Positions 25,391 to 38,920 of a stretch of 64,000 bases of DNA are shown piece by piece (position 1 is the stretch's first letter; every line of letters starts with the position of its first letter). The translations under genes and the position numbers were made by a program. A model generated the notes under the pieces. That model did not search any database. It was not told the DNA's origin and was given only the letters and a program-made list of their open reading frames with translations. The DNA is from Eledone cirrhosa (taxonomy: Eukaryota). The stretch covers positions 23,126,001-23,190,000 of the forward strand of contig OZ024743.1 of NCBI GenBank assembly GCA_964016885.1, given 5' to 3'.

Positions 25391-25586
25391 ATAATAATCA
25401 TCTCTATTTATCCACATAAAATAATTGGTGATTAATTAAATTGAGCCAGCGACTATAATGTACTAGCCGAATACTAGTTCATAGTGTTTGTCAGGGAAGT
25501 CATTTTTCTTCTTTGCTAAGACAGGACCGTGGGATTTTAAGGAATTTTGGCTGTTATTTCTAGTGCAACCATGTATAGTCGTTGGC

Positions 25587-25673
25587 TCTTCTTCTTCTTC
25601 TTCTTCTTCTTCTTCTTCTTCTTCTTCTTCTTCTTCTTCGCCCACTGAGAGGGTCGTGGGCGAAGAAGAAGAA

Positions 25674-25709
<36 letters not shown>

Positions 25710-25805
25710 GAAGAAGAAGAAGAAGAAGAAGAAGAAGAAGAAGAAGAAGAAGAAGAAGAAGAAGAAGAAGAAGAAGAAGAAGAAGAAGAAGAAGAGGAGG
25801 AGGAG
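25587..25805. repeat. (CTT)n, (GAT)n and (GAA)n microsatellites
   Basis: Directly visible. Confidence 0.95.
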
Positions 25806-26880
25806 CAAATATCTCACAGATATAAATCTCACAGATATAAATCTAGAAAGCCTGAACAAATACCGCAAGGCATTCTGTCCGACGCTCTGTCAATTTTCAG
25901 TATTAGCAAAAAAGAACACATTGAATAACAAGATCTTATGTGCACAGTGTCTGGTAGAAAGACATGATGGTCATGGCTGGAAGGTGACTATATGCATGCT
26001 CTATCGGGGCCCGCCTGGTACTAAACAACAAAGTCAACACCAGAAGAAATAAAGGGGAAATCCACCATGGAAGGATTTCAAATCGAAATGTAAAGGGAGA
26101 TAACTAAATGACACATGGATCTGATCCACCACTGAAGGATTTTTTTTTTTTTGTTAACCTTATCCCTAATTTAAAGAGGATGCCATTTTTAGAGAGCATG
26201 AGAGAGAAAGTGTGTGTTTATATGAATGATAGGATGTATGTGTGCGTATATGAATGAATAAATTATAAGGTGTGGGGGAGGGGTGGAGGCTAAGATATAT
26301 GTGTGTGCGAGAAAAAGAGTGAACAAGACGTTTTTTATGAGTAAATTATAAAGTATATGTGTGTGAGAGAGAGTTTGAACAAGACGTGTGTTGTGTACGT
26401 GTGTGCTAGTGAATGATGATATATAAGTACTTGTGTGTGTGTGTGATATGATATATGTGTGTGCGTGAATATCTTCTACAACCATTTCGGATATAGTGTG
26501 GCTATTGACAACAAGACACTCACCCCTTCTCTTCCTAGTTATCACCAACTGGACTTTGTGCAAGATCCCATCAGATAAACTCCAGTGCACCCAGTGAGTG
26601 GGTGCTATTCTCCAATTTAGAAGATCTTGACTTGGTAGCCTTGTCTTTAAAGAGAGATCTTCTACGGGACAAAACTGTAGCCGTAATTTGAACTCTTAGT
26701 AAGTCGGTCTAACCACATACTGACCTTGTGGCACATAGATGTTCAGTATTTCTTTGTCTCGAACTGAGATTTATTTCTAGATAACACTTTCAGAGGACAA
26801 AGCTGCTGAGAGTCAATCGTGACAGTTGCAGAGTTAAGATATAGTGGTCAAGTCTCTCACACCTGCCCCTTTGGGGTCTC

Positions 26881-26921
<41 letters not shown>

Positions 26922-27581
26922 CTTCGCTTCTCTGTCTCTTCCCTGCCCTCTCTTTTTGTCTTAGCCTCTCCCGCCGCCAGACCAACGAAATTCCTCGCAT
27001 TGACAGAGGTTTGGTAAATACATTTTTAATAATACTTTTGCAAGCAAACACATCATACCTAATACACATCACACAATTCAACTCTATTTATTTTTGCTTC
27101 ATGCATTGTCGTATAAATTCGACGAAAGTTATATTTAATAAATAAGTAACATAGCGACTTTGTGTTATTGTGGTTGATATATTTTATTTCTTATGTAATC
27201 AGAGAAAATCACTTCACCAAGGATTCATCATCATCATTATAATGACCTTTACTCACTTACTTGCACACCCTTATTCTCTGGCCACACTGTATCAGGCACA
27301 CCAATCTTCTTTCGCCTACATTCTACACCACAGTGATCACACAACTAAGCAATTCAAGTGAGCATACATAACAACCGAATCAACACCACAACACAGCACC
27401 AACATCTCATTCCAGCATCAATCACACTACTTAAGAGTAACCACTCTAAAACTGCTACATTGAACAAGTCGTAATATAAATGTAACAAGTCGTAATATAA
27501 ATACTGCAAAAATACACGCCATGTGCTGAAAATATCTCTATTAATGGGGTGTCACTTAACTGTCAATTTTTTTACACACAG

Positions 27582-27676
27582 AGGAGGCCTTAATAGCGAA
27601 GTCAACGGAATATCCAAGCAAAACTTATCAGATTCCGTGGGGCATTCGCAAAACTTCAGTTGATCTGAAAGTAGAG
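27582..27676 (+). CDS. Candidate 95-nt internal exon (xEALIAKSTEYPSKTYQIPWGIRKTSVDLKVE)
   Basis: T-rich acceptor TTTTTTTACACACAG, donor GAG|GTAATA, one open frame, higher GC than the flanks. Product not recognised. Confidence 0.25.
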
Positions 27677-28782
27677 GTAATATAATCTTAGGATTAAGAT
27701 TAGACTCTATAACGACACTGGCAAATCTAAACTATAATAAAGTAAGAAGCGCGGGACTGCGTACGGTTTATAGTTTTTTATCCCCTTAGTAAAATAAGTT
27801 GGATTACTTTGAATAAATAATGAATGAATATTACATAATTTATCTACTAAATTTCGTGGCTGTTCATTCAATATATTTTATTACTTATTTAAAGATTCAC
27901 TTCTTTAAAATTTTTAAATGTCAACACTTCCGGTTAGTGATCGTTTAAATAAATATACATATATTTCTGTCACTAATTTTCTCCTAATGCAGTTTATATA
28001 TAATATCGTCTTTTTTTAATGTATCATGGATTACGTTACTGATTACATAAGACAGTGTAACGCAGTTTCGTTCGATTTCTGTGTATATTGTCAATTACGA
28101 TTTTATTTGATGTATCTATAATTTTATTACATGTATATATATGCTGCTGCATAGGGCCCCACATATCGAAAGAAGAGCCATACAAATCCTTGAAATAGAA
28201 CAGCAGTGACTCATGTGTCTAAGCCATATATTCAGAAAACATCGACCCAATACTTCACGGGTATTTCATGTTATTGCTCCGGGAAGCATTAAAGTAAAGT
28301 TGACCTCGGTGAGATTTCAGCTTAAATGCTAAGGAACCATTACGTCAATACAACGTGTAGCATTAAAATACTCGAGACGAGTAGAATGATATTATATCGA
28401 CATAAAATTATATTTACATAAAAATCCTAAAATTTCAGGAAAACAAATATGATAAATCAATTGAATGCCCCATATATAATGACTGGGTATGTAACACCAG
28501 TCCCAAAGAGAAGAAACCCCTAATCAATCTCAGCAGATTTTGAACTCAGAATATAAACAGATTTAACTTAAATACAAGGACGATTGCCCAGGACCACACT
28601 GTTCCCACTGATACACCATCTTCCTCTATATCTACATAATAACTACAGCCATGATTTGTACACGTGATATACTCTGATTCTGTACAGGTTTTCAGACGTT
28701 TACCTTCATCCACCCACCCACCCGTATATAAATATACGTGTATTCACATACATATATAGAGATATGGCCTACATATACACGC

Positions 28783-28827
<45 letters not shown>

Positions 28828-28944
28828 GAGATACATACATAGATACATAACCCACTTCACATATATAGATACAGATACACACACTTATATAAATATGTAA
28901 GCAGATATATAAATATATGAATACTCATGTATAATGTTGGCAAT

Positions 28945-28988
28945 ATATGTGTAATTGTATAACTATATATATATACCGAAAGCGAGAA

Positions 28989-29053
<65 letters not shown>

Positions 29054-29102
29054 GAAAGCGAGAAATGTATATATATATATATATATATACCGAAAGCGAG
29101 AA

Positions 29103-29150
<48 letters not shown>

Positions 29151-29237
29151 ATATATATATACCGAAAGCGAGAAATATATATATATATATATACATATAC
29201 ACACATACATTTATAAACACTTATATGTGTAATTGTA

Positions 29238-29280
<43 letters not shown>
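28945..29280. repeat. Compound repeat: CCGAAAGCGAGAAAT(G) x4 separated by variable (TA)n
   Basis: Copies near 28975, 29052, 29090 and 29162. Confidence 0.9.
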
Positions 29281-29282
<2 letters not shown>

Positions 29283-29498
29283 TCATACATTTATACACAC
29301 TTTTGATTCACCGTACACAAGCCGAATCTTAACAAGCCACGCTAGATGTCAGCTGATTTCGTGATCTACATTTAGAACAAGAAATGTTCCACTGTACTTG
29401 AAATGTTACCGTTTAAAACATTCCACCATTCTTTCTTATAATACAGATTTCATAGGTGTATGAGAGTAGTATCTAGAAAACCACACACACACGCACAC

Positions 29499-29578
<80 letters not shown>

Positions 29579-30170
29579 CTTAAGAAGGAGGCTTCTATAT
29601 TCTATATGGTTGTTCAACTTGCTGGGAATAGTAACCAAACGTCCCTATCTACCGTATCAAAAAAATAATAGATTCCTCTGTCAAATTGACACGTTTTTTT
29701 TTTTACTCATTCTCATGTTTAAAGTTTGTATAAATCGCAACTGCAAAGTTAATTAGCGATATGTGTTTGTTTTTTCTCCCAAGTAATAAGTAGCTCTATT
29801 AATTAGCAGTTTGTAATTTTTGTCGAAACACACTTATTTGTTTAAAAGTGGATTTTTTAACCCATACTCTTATTTTTATATCATTCAATACGAAGATATC
29901 GATAAGTCGATAAGTTACATCTTATAGTAATAAACATACGTTAAATGGCGTGACAAATTGAAAACTGTGGTTAAGGGGACAAAGCCACAGAAGCCACCAA
30001 AACAATGAAAATAGAATCAACAATCAGGTATATATAAATGTATGTATATGTATATACTTTTTGTTTGTTTTTTTTTCTGACGACATTGCCTTTTTTTCAC
30101 ACCGTCACACATAAAGTTGTAGTGCACCTGAGCACTGTACACAATAATTTTATTATTATTATTATTAGTC

Positions 30171-30504
30171 GGTGGATTGGCAGTATCGGTAGAGAGTCTG
30201 ACGCCATACTTTGCAGCAAAGAGTTACGGCCCTTTATGGTATGAGTTCAAATCCTACCGAGGTTAACTTTGCCTTTCATCCTTACGGGGTCGATAAAATA
30301 AAGTACCAGTAATGTACTGAGTAATTGCTGGCCTTGTGCCAAAAGCAGAAACAATTATTATTAAACTGTTGATTGGCAGTATAGGTAGAGGATCGGACGC
30401 CATGCTTTGACGCAAAGAGTTACGGCCCTTTCCATTCTGAGTTCAAATCCTGCCGAGGTTAACTTTGCCTTTCATCCTAACGGGATCGATAAAATAAAGT
30501 ACCA
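30171..30504 (+). mobile_element. Two tandem family A SINEs (30171-30362; 30370-30504, partial)
   Basis: Family A matches. Confidence 0.85.
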
Positions 30505-30749
30505 CTGTTAGCTGTTGTACTATTTTGAGTGGATAGACAATTCTACAATTCAAACTGTAAAGTCAAAACACAAAAGATGCAAAATATGAAGAATTTCTTA
30601 CCTTTCTCTGAAATCACAAACTCAGGGGGGAAATAGTACCTTGCAAAATAAAATACCTCGGAGCAAAATAAAATACTTAGTAGCAACGAATGAATTGAGA
30701 AGCTTGGAGACAGTGAGAAAGCAATATCTGTATCCCTTATATATATACA

Positions 30750-31522
30750 TTTGTAAACAAACAGCCCGAATTTGTAGCCGTACAGTGTTCGGCAACCATC
30801 GTTTCCCTTTTGTTCAACAATGACAAAAGAACGATGATATAGTTTCTAGCTTATTAGCTGTCATCAGCACCGTATACCTTCCTGTCAGTTGATTGAACGT
30901 TTGAAAGTATATACTTTCCTTATGCATATTAACGAGTGAGTTAGTCGAGTATTATAATAAATATTACCGAGCATTATAATAAATGTTCGGTAAACCCATA
31001 CGTACATATATATATATTTGTGCATGTATGTATATATATACATACTACTGTACGTCTGTATACATATATGTATGTACGTATACATACTTATATTTAAGTA
31101 TCAGCCGTACTAAGAGTGAGAAATAAAATTTCATTTTTTCTATTTATCGTTTTCGGTACACCCGGCCAACTAACTCACTCGATATGCAAATTAGGCTGCT
31201 CAGCCGTTAATATGCATAAGGAAAGTATATACTTTCAAACGGTCAATCGACTGACAGGAAAGTATACGGTGCTGATGACAGCTAATAAGTTAGAAACTAG
31301 TTCATCATTCCTTTGTAAGTGTTGAACAAAAGGGCAACGATGGTTGCCGAACACTGTACGGCTACAAATTCGGGCTGTTTGTTTACAAACACACTGAACA
31401 TTATAATAAATGTTCGGTAAACCCATACGTACATTTATATATGTGTGTGTATGTATGTATGTATATACATACTAGTGTACGTCTGTATACATATATGTAT
31501 CTACGTACACATACTTATATTT
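30750..31522. mobile_element. Complex direct/inverted PLE-pLTR remnant with HHRs
   Basis: 30750-30933 is the reverse complement of 31205-31388. 30972-31095 is repeated at 31399-31522, and partly at 59755-59860. Confidence 0.7.
31268..31306 (+). ncRNA. Minimal type I hammerhead ribozyme (mirror copy ~30833-30872, minus strand)
   Basis: GGTG-CTGATGA-CAGCTAATAAGTTA-GAAA-CTAG-TT-CATC. Confidence 0.65.
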
Positions 31523-33001
31523 ATATATATATATATATATATACGATATTAAATAAATGGAAACTATATTTATAAAACCATATTTATTTCATTATATATA
31601 TTTCAGGGATATCATATTAACAATATGCTATGCCTTCCTCAGACAAAATACAATATAAACAGTTTTATAGATAAATAGATTTGACATACCGTACAACATC
31701 GACTTGTATTTGAAAAGTTGAATTGGCAGTGAAAAAATTGTAAACAGAAAGAAAGAAAGAGAGAAAAAAAGGAAAGAAAGACAGAAAACGAAGAAAAAGA
31801 AGAAAAAGAAGAAATGCATGGAACAAAAAAAGAGAGAGATGGAAAGATAGATAAAGAGAAGAACTTCATGTAAAGAAACAGAGAGAGATATATATAGAGA
31901 GAGGAAATAGATAGAGATAGATATATATATATAGAAAAATATGTAGTTGGACATCCGTTGAGTAAACGTATCAATGATACATTTATTTATTTATTTATTT
32001 ATTTAGCTCTAGTAAGGGAGATATATGTGGTTAGGAGAGAAACCAGCTGTTATATAGAGAGAAAAATGAAAAGTAACCAGACATAGGCGAGGCATAAAAA
32101 CCCTATGTTTTAATATAGAAGTATTAATATGTATAAAAACCAGGCACTATATTGAAAATATCAGTATTCCTGAATGAGACACGTATCTATAATGTGTGAA
32201 AAGTAATGATCTTATGTTTAGTTTTAAAAAATTCATATGTTTATATGATAACTACAAACATCGATGTGAATTTACATGATCAACTCTGCAAACCCTAAGT
32301 TCACACGGAAAACATTCTCATTGTGCTATAAAAATTTAAGTATACATATATGTGTATATATATACACATATATATATAGAGTCTATATTACTACTATTCT
32401 TGTCTTTACTCTACAAGATTATCTATCAAGCAGAAATAGAGAGCAGATTTCAATATATTAATAAAAATATATCAGAAACAAAAACCAAAAAAACAACAAT
32501 GATAATAATAATAAATAATAATAAAATAGAAAACTAAAAAATATTACGAAAAAATATTACATATTAAAAATATTACATATTAAAAAATAAAAATATTAGA
32601 AAATACTACAATAATAAAAAATAATAAAAATAAACCACATAGATCAACTCTTCAAAATTAATTGACAATATATTGCCAAGTTCATTATAAGCATCAGAGT
32701 CGAAAACAGATAAAGCTAAAAATTATTTATCAAATCGCATCTAGCAAAAATCATTTCAAAAAGTTTAGGATGCCCATTTGGTCTACATGTGTTCTTATAT
32801 TTAATATAGAAGTTTATCTAGTGTAACGTTTATTCGAAATATTTGGAGCATCAACTTTTATGGTAGTTTAATTTTTCATGAAGAATGTTTAAATAAAAAT
32901 AAAAAGAAAAATAAAAAGAAAAAGAAAAAGAAGAATAAAAAGAAGAAATCGAAAGATTTATCGGCTAGTTTCCCAAATAATTATAAATCAAACTAAATAT
33001 A

Positions 33002-35176
33002 CTACATTTTAAATTTAAATTTATATTTAAAAGTTGAGTTTAATCTATGTTTGCAGCAACTGAATAAATTTGTCCGTAGATTAAGGGAATTTTTAGATTT
33101 TAGTATAAAGAATATCTCCTCTGCGCAGAGGTCACATGTCTCAGAGGATGAATTAAAAGGAATCCCTCTTGAGACTATATTCCAAGCCGTCGAATATCTA
33201 ACGTTATCTAGCTTAAGTTGCCAGAGTACGCCTGATAGTGCCGTTGAAGATTTTTTGCTTGGATCTGTGAAAGAATTCTTGTGGTTATTATAGCGAAGTT
33301 TAAATTCCGTCGATGTGGAACCGACGTAGTTAAAAGAATTAGAGTCAGTTTTAACATTACAATTGTATACTATATTTTTAACTAAGCAGTAGTTATTTAA
33401 CGGACATTTAGATCTATCTCTACAGTTACATTTGTTAACTTGTATATTATTCATGCTATTATCACTAGGTTTTAAGTTCCTATTATTTATTCTATTAATA
33501 TTTTGTGCTAAATTTTTGGTGGATGAGTAGGTTAATTTTATAGTATGTCTATTGAAAATTGAGTGATACCTATGTGTTCTAGGGAAGCGATTATCAAGAG
33601 CTTTAAAAAATAGTTTAGCGATGTGGGTTTTAATGTTTAGTGAGAAAGGGGGGGGCAAACCAAATTATGTTCCTAGTTCTATTTCTTTTTTGGCCTTTGG
33701 AATTATTGTAATGCTTTCTATTATAGTTGTTAAGGTTGTTGCCGTAATTAAAATAGTTGTTATTTTGTTTAGTTTGTCTATCATTATCTATGTACATAAT
33801 CTTATCAGTATATCCTGCTCTAGCTAACGCTTCATTGTAGTACTGGGCTTTTTCGTCGAAAATCTTTCTATTAGACGAGATTCTAGAGATACGTTTTTGA
33901 ACAGAGTTTACTATAGTGTTTTTGACAGATCTGGGGTGGTTAGAGTTAAAGCTGACATAGTTTAAGTTTTCATTCAACTTGTGAAAAGGATAGTGAAGAC
34001 ATGTGTTGAGATTTAATGTTATATCTAGGAAATTGACTATTCTATGGTTGTTCTCAATTTCTATTTTAAGATTAAAGTAATTAAAAAATTGTGTAATTTG
34101 TTTACATTTTCTATTTAGTTCAGAGTTATTATTATCAATAAGTAAAAGCATGTCATCTCTATATAAACCTCCGGTAGTACCAGGTATTTTCCTATGTAGC
34201 GAATTGATTAAAAATAAGCCCACAAGGTCAGTTACCTGAGCTGAGTCGGATGATCCCATAGTAATGTCAAAATTGCTATCTCTATCTGCTCTGGTCCATA
34301 GTTGGTCATTAAATTCTATCAATGTTTTCCTAGCCGATAATATAATATGCATTTCATTGCTAGTTAGGTCTGTATGTTTGAATGCGTAATTTAGTGCCTT
34401 ATTTAGTAGATTAGGTGTAATAGAAGAATAATAGTTAGCAATATCAAGTTGAATAAACTTATTATTATTGTTATATTTAATTTGCTTAAACCACTCAACA
34501 ACCTCTCCAGTTCCCTTCCACAAGCTCAGGTTAGATAAACAATCCAAGTTCTTAATTTGCTGTATCACCCTGTCAAGAATGTTTTTGCTTAATTTGCCCA
34601 GGTCCGATTTTGATGGTGCGATCAATCTAACTGGCAAGTCATTTTCAAAATTCCTCTTGTGATCTTCGGTTTCCTGGGCACGAAAGGTTGTGTTCTGTTC
34701 TCAATTTCCAACTCGTGCATTATACAAGATGCTTCGACATTCATTTTCTCAAGCTCGGCCTTATCTGCTACCTTGTACTTTTTCCTCAGTTCCTTCAGTA
34801 TGAGGCCATTATACATGTCTTTCTGCACTCCATAGAGGTTGTTGGTCTTGTCAGATTTCACCAAGATCTTCTCAGTTTTCTCTAAGCTCTCAATATTATC
34901 CTTAATGGCTTTCAGATATTCCTGGCCTTTGAAGTTTCTCTTGAATTTGACCCCTTGTATGATAGAAATTATATCGTTTTCAAAGTCAGATAAAAGTTTG
35001 TTAGGGGGTGGATTTCTTTTAGATTTGAAAACTTTGTTTAAGTCCGAGACATTTTCATTTATATTAGATTTATCAAAGTGGAATGCTCGCCACCTGATTC
35101 TCCTTATAAAAGAGTCAGATTTATCTATTAATTGTTTTATAAAGTCTTTGTTTCTAGGTAGAGGTATGTTGATCAT
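33002..35176 (-). pseudogene. PLE reverse transcriptase + GIY-YIG endonuclease, two frameshifts
   Basis: RT motifs KSDKTNNLY, QLDIANYYSSI, TMGSSDSAQVTDLVG, LYRDD, NFLDITL. Linker CNCRDRSKCPLNNYC. Endonuclease NIVY..YVG..EFKLRYNNH, CDLC..E, CCKH. Confidence 0.92.
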
Positions 35177-35811
35177 GTAAATTCACATCGATGTTTGTAG
35201 TTATCATATAAACATATGAATTTTTTAAAACTAAACATAAGATCATTACTTTTCACACATTATAGATACGTGTCTCATTCAGGAATACTGATATTTTCAA
35301 TATAGTGCCTGGTTTTTATACATATTAATACTTCTATATTAAAACATAGGGTTTTTATGCCTCGCCTATGTCTGGTTACTTTTCATTTTTCTCTCTATAT
35401 AACAGCTGGTTTCTCTCCTAACCACATATATCTCCCTTACATTAATACTAGAGCTAAATAAATAAATAAATAAATAAATGTATCATTGATACGTTTACTC
35501 AACGGATGTCCAACTACATATTTTTCTATATATATATATCTATCTCTATCTATTTCCTCTCTCTATATATATCTCTCTCTGTTTCTTTACATGAAGTTCT
35601 TCTCTTTATCTATCTTTCCATCTCTCTCTTTTTTTGTTCCATGCATTTCTTCTTTTTCTTCTTTTTCTTCGTTTTCTGTCTTTCTTTCCTTTTTTTCTCT
35701 CTTTCTTTCTTTCTGTTTACAATTTTTTCACTGCCAATTCAACTTTTCAAATACAAGTCGATGTTGTACGGTATGTCAAATCTATTTATCTATAAAACTG
35801 TTTATATTGTA

Positions 35812-35873
35812 TTTTGTCTGAGGAAGGCATAGCATATTGTTAATATGATATCCCTGAAATATATATAATGAAA
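35812..35873 (+). ncRNA. Type I hammerhead ribozyme in pLTR (sense copy 31587-31648, minus strand)
   Basis: TTTTGT-CTGAGGA-AGG..CATATT-GTT-AATATG..CCT-GAAA-TATATA-TA-ATGAAA. Confidence 0.7.
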
Positions 35874-36004
35874 TAAATATGGTTTTATAAATATAGTTTC
35901 CATTTATTTAATATCGTAAATATACTCCAAATACTTGTCGAGTGCTTTTATATCAGTTATAAATATTTACTAGTTGTAACCCAACAATTTAAATATAACT
36001 TTCC

Positions 36005-36063
<59 letters not shown>

Positions 36064-36090
36064 TGGTTACACAACAGTTAGTTCACCATA

Positions 36091-36130
36091 CCGAGAACAA
36101 TTGTTTCACCTTAACGGATCTTCAGCTCGG
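36091..36130 (-). ncRNA. Minimal type I hammerhead ribozyme in TA-flanked insert 36061-36305
   Basis: Minus strand reads CCGAG-CTGAAGA-TCCGTTAAGGT-GAAA-CAATTG-TT-CTCGG. Stem I is perfect, stem II weak. Confidence 0.7.
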
Positions 36131-36302
36131 AATGGGCATGGTTATAGGAACAGGAAGGACAACCGTACGAACGCGCATGCGCAGAAACCCGGTCACTTTA
36201 CACAGGCAATACTAGACTGCGTGCGAGAGGTGTAAGGGAGATAACTGCGAAAGTCCGAAAAGTTTTTAGGTTGAAAATAAAATTACAAAGAATCAGTGTG
36301 TG

Positions 36303-36338
<36 letters not shown>

Positions 36339-36443
36339 CACACACACACATATATATATCCTTACACACTTAAATATAAATGCATGTATATATACAAATG
36401 TATAAATGCATAGCTATATACATACGTAAATGTATGTATGTAG

Positions 36444-36493
<50 letters not shown>

Positions 36494-36892
36494 GTAAGGA
36501 TGTTGACATGATTATTTGTGGGGGGGGGGGGGGGGGATTCTGTCTCCAGATTTTGTTACCTAGGGAGATTAAATACCACAGCTCTGGCTGAAAGCTGACC
36601 AGGTTCTCAACGTCATCAAACACTAACGCAGGCCTGTGTATGTATATATGTGTGTGTGTATGTATATATGTACGTATGCATGTGTGTGTATGTTCGTATG
36701 TATGTATATGTAAACACCCACACCTTTCATCACCATTGCTTCTTTTTGTTGTCATTTCTGTTGAAGTTGTTCTTGTAACTGTTGTCAAAGTTGACGTTCT
36801 TATGTTCATCTTCTTTGATTTCTTTTGTTTTTCTTTTATCTCCCTAGGGAATTCGTTGACAAGCTTCTTTTATTTATTTTCTTCGTTTTCTT

Positions 36893-37071
36893 CATTCAAA
36901 TGCATCCACACTGGCTGTCTAAGAGACGCACAAATAAAACTTACCAAACTAAAGGGGCTTCCACCGCCCCCAAAGCTTCAAACGACACCCTAACGCCCCC
37001 TTGCTGCAAAACAACCCCCTGGCGCTCCGAAATGCCCCCCGAGGGCATATGCCCCCCGTTGAGAACCTTTG
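36893..37071 (+). mobile_element. hAT-type MITE M1, 3' fragment
   Basis: Homologous to 41878-42078; ends TTGAGAACCTTTG. Confidence 0.7.
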
Positions 37072-37110
37072 TTCTAGGTTATTGTTATTATTTTCTAGTT
37101 AGTTAATTAG

Positions 37111-37277
37111 AGCGGTGGATTGGCAGAATCGATAGAGCGTTGAAAGAAATGCTTCGTGGCACACAAATACGAGTCTTTACATTCTGATTTTAAATCACAC
37201 CGAGGTTAGCACTGGGGTCGATTTAATCGATTTCCCTTCAAATTTCTGGCCTTGTACCTAAAGTAGAAACAATTATT
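37111..37277 (+). mobile_element. SINE family A, internally deleted
   Basis: Head and tail match family A. Confidence 0.7.
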
Positions 37278-37779
37278 TTATAGTAAGATCTACAAACAAA
37301 ATATTTTGTTTCTAACAAGCAGACAACAAATCAAACTGTAATTTCAAACGAAATACATTGCTTTTTCTTTTTTTTTATTTGATATAACACTGACAAACTA
37401 CACTGAAAATTCAGTTGCTTCTTTAATCTTTCAGAGTATATTGTATGGTTGATGTAGAGAGGGGGAGAGTTTGGTGGTAATGAATAGAGTGAGAAGATTG
37501 ATAGAGATAGGTATAGATAGATATATAGAGGGGTAGGGAGTTTGGTAGTGAGGGATAGAGTGAGAGGGAGTGTTGTATAGATATAGAGAGGGAGAGAGTT
37601 TGGTTTTAATTGATATAGAGAGGCGGATTGGAAGAGAGTTCCGTGTATTAGATATAGAGAGAGGGAGAGTTTGGTATTAATTGATATAGAGAGAGGAATT
37701 GGAAGAGAGTACCATGTAATAGATATAGAGAGGGGGAGAATTTGGTGGTTGTAGTTATACAGAGAGGGATAACGAGAGA

Positions 37780-38385
37780 GTCTCGTAAAGTAGATATAGA
37801 GAGGGTGAGAGTTTAGGGGTGATTGTTATACAAAGGGGGATTGGGAGAGATAAGTGTAGATCTTTATAGAGAATGAGAGAGTGCATTAGTCTTAGATATA
37901 GAGGGCGAGATAAGAGAGGGGTAGAGAGGGGTAGAGTTTGGTTTCAGTAGATACAGAGAGGGAGATTAAAAGAGAGTTGTGTGTGTTGATACTCTCTGAT
38001 CCTAAATAATAAGAGGGGTGGCAATAATCGGAAATCAGTGATTGTAGGTGTACATTCGTAAATATGGGATTTCTTGTAGTTTTTCTTTGGTCATATATAA
38101 TGTTTTTTAATGTGAAATAAAATTATTATTAGATTCTTCAGCTGCTGTATCAATATGAATCACTTACAATAAAATTTCACCGGGGATAGATTAGCAAAAT
38201 TTAATAAACGGTTGAGGGTGGGTGGAATAAAAACCGAAGGGGCGGAAAATAAGGGGACAAATTAATAAGCGGTGGGTGGGGACGATTATTCAAGACTGAG
38301 AGGACGGGAATTATTGACGGACGTAAGAATGAAAACTAAATACCGAAGTAGAGTTTAAATATTCATTTATTATTGCTAAGCCTTG
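37780..38385 (+). repeat. Diverged duplicate of 48770-49400, including a MITE-like core
   Basis: Collinear similarity. The continuation 49403-49475 matches 39612-39684. Confidence 0.7.
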
Positions 38386-38493
38386 TTACTCTGAAGTCTC
38401 ACCTGCGTATTCACCAGACAAGACTGATGATCCTGTGAGTATGCAGGTGAAATTTTAGAGTAACAAAGCTCACCAGTAGCCATAATAAATGAA

Positions 38494-38537
<44 letters not shown>

Positions 38538-38540
<3 letters not shown>

Positions 38541-38878
38541 CGTTTCTGAATTTGTTTAGCAAGAATTCTTTATCTGAAAACGTGTGTTGAAACCGATATT
38601 GTTATACTTTGGGAGGGTCATGTTGCCAATAAGAAACACACGCACCAGTTGCTTTCACAAGGAGAGGCACAAAAACAAAGAAAAGAATCCCCAGTCACCG
38701 AAGAGGTCACAGAATGTGTGACGAAAGAACTTTGACAATATATAAACAACCATCTGGTTGTGGAACCAACCAACCGGAAATTTATAAATTCCTTAATTTA
38801 TAAATTGATTATTATAAATTGAAGTGAAAGCAACTGGTGCGTGTGTTTCTTATTGGCAACATGACCCTCCCAAAGTAT

Positions 38879-38886
<8 letters not shown>
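38538..38886 (+). mobile_element. Mini-PLE related to family X: tail, inverted arm 38596-38658, direct pLTR with HHR-like motif (38694-38736)
   Basis: 63-bp inverted repeat ending AAGTATAACAATAT, as in family X; GTCA-CCGAAGA-GGTCACA..TGTGAC-GAAA-GAAC-TT-TGAC. Confidence 0.75.

Positions 38887-38914
<28 letters not shown>

Positions 38915-38920
<6 letters not shown>

Larger units (their letters stand above)
31543..36004 (-). mobile_element. Near-complete Penelope-like element with ~745-bp inverted pLTRs (31543-32284 / 35168-35918) and ~86-bp tail
   Basis: Long near-identical inverted arms, RT + C-terminal GIY-YIG, an HHR in both arms, (TA)n on both sides. Confidence 0.92.

Noticed and set aside
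28945-29180. CRISPR-like repeat-spacer pattern
   Set aside because: The spacers are just (TA)n.
31628-31974. Twin ORFs mirrored at 35486-35832
   Set aside because: Low-complexity frames duplicated only because they lie in the inverted pLTR arms.
38420-38465. CTGATGA...GAAA inside a diverged foldback (38360-38494)
   Set aside because: Stem II is present but stems I and III are not convincing.
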